This document shows positions 63,659 through 64,000 of a stretch of DNA of 64,000 bases, piece after piece (position 1 is the first letter of the stretch; each line of letters starts with the position of its first letter). The translations under genes and the position numbers were made by a program. The stretch is from Balanoglossus misakiensis (Eukaryota; Animalia; Hemichordata). The stretch spans positions 3,910,110 through 3,974,109 of the forward strand of contig CM082584.2 in assembly GCA_040954595.2 (NCBI GenBank), read 5' to 3'. The notes under the pieces are model-generated. The model worked only from the letters and a program-made list of their open reading frames with translations, was not told the DNA's origin and did no database searches.

Positions 63659-63853
63659 ATGAGTGAGCAGTTACCTGGTACGAGCAGAACTGGGTGTTTT
63701 CCAAGGACAAGAATCCACCAACCAGGCAACAACGCTGATATGACGACTTTATCAGAGACATCAGACAATAATGTTTTACCTGATATGTCTGAAACGGATA
63801 TTGAAAACAGAAGTCAACGTCAAACTTTTAACAATGATGAGGAAGGCTCTCAG
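63659..63853 (+). CDS. MSH5: MSH5 copy C, first coding exon (gene continues beyond window)
   Basis: [12 protein letters not shown]...EEGSQ|gt, near-identical to 26688-26882. Confidence 0.85.
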
Positions 63854-64000
63854 GTACTGTATTTATATTATATTGTCCTACTTCAATCTCAGTGGTCTGC
63901 ATTGTTTGTAAGTGTGTAGTTATTCAAGCACATGGGTGATGCAATTTAAGTTCACAATCAGGCTGCATCGAAAATAAATTTGAAAACTATTTGGTGTTTA

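Larger units (their letters stand above)
637..64000 (+). repeat. Tandem segmental duplication, unit about 35-37 kb, parts of three units
   Basis: 637-27000 aligns collinearly with 36579-64000. Offsets are 35933 (TRIM donor), 34528 (MSH5 exon), 34742 (promoter donor) and 36971 (MSH5 ATG), varying with indels. Confidence 0.95.

Noticed and set aside
637-64000. Simple uncollapsed-haplotype artefact as the explanation for the duplication
   Set aside because: Two homologous tail-to-head junctions imply at least three units, which two alleles cannot explain; read-depth confirmation is still needed.

Overview
AT-rich metazoan (invertebrate-type) genomic DNA holding a head-to-tail tandem array with a unit of about 35-37 kb. 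Each unit is an intron-rich MSH5 (meiotic MutS-gamma) gene. A same-strand TRIM gene (RING, two B-boxes, coiled coil, linker, Deltex C-terminal DTC-like domain) is nested inside one large MSH5 intron. The window shows TRIM-A plus the 3' part of MSH5-A (1-19.8 kb), a complete MSH5-B containing TRIM-B (22.4-55.8 kb), and the 5' start of MSH5-C (57-64 kb). Introns and MSH5 exons are nearly identical between units. The DTC exons differ almost only by amino-acid-changing substitutions and loop indels, and the TRIM N-terminal halves are deeply divergent up to a sharp breakpoint. This looks like a diversifying, probably immune, TRIM-DTC receptor family amplified with MSH5 as a passenger; MSH5-B carries a late nonsense codon. 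Many copy-specific MITEs and a hairpin-rich GC island in the first MSH5 intron are also present. Exon boundaries and alignments were read by eye and no searches were run.
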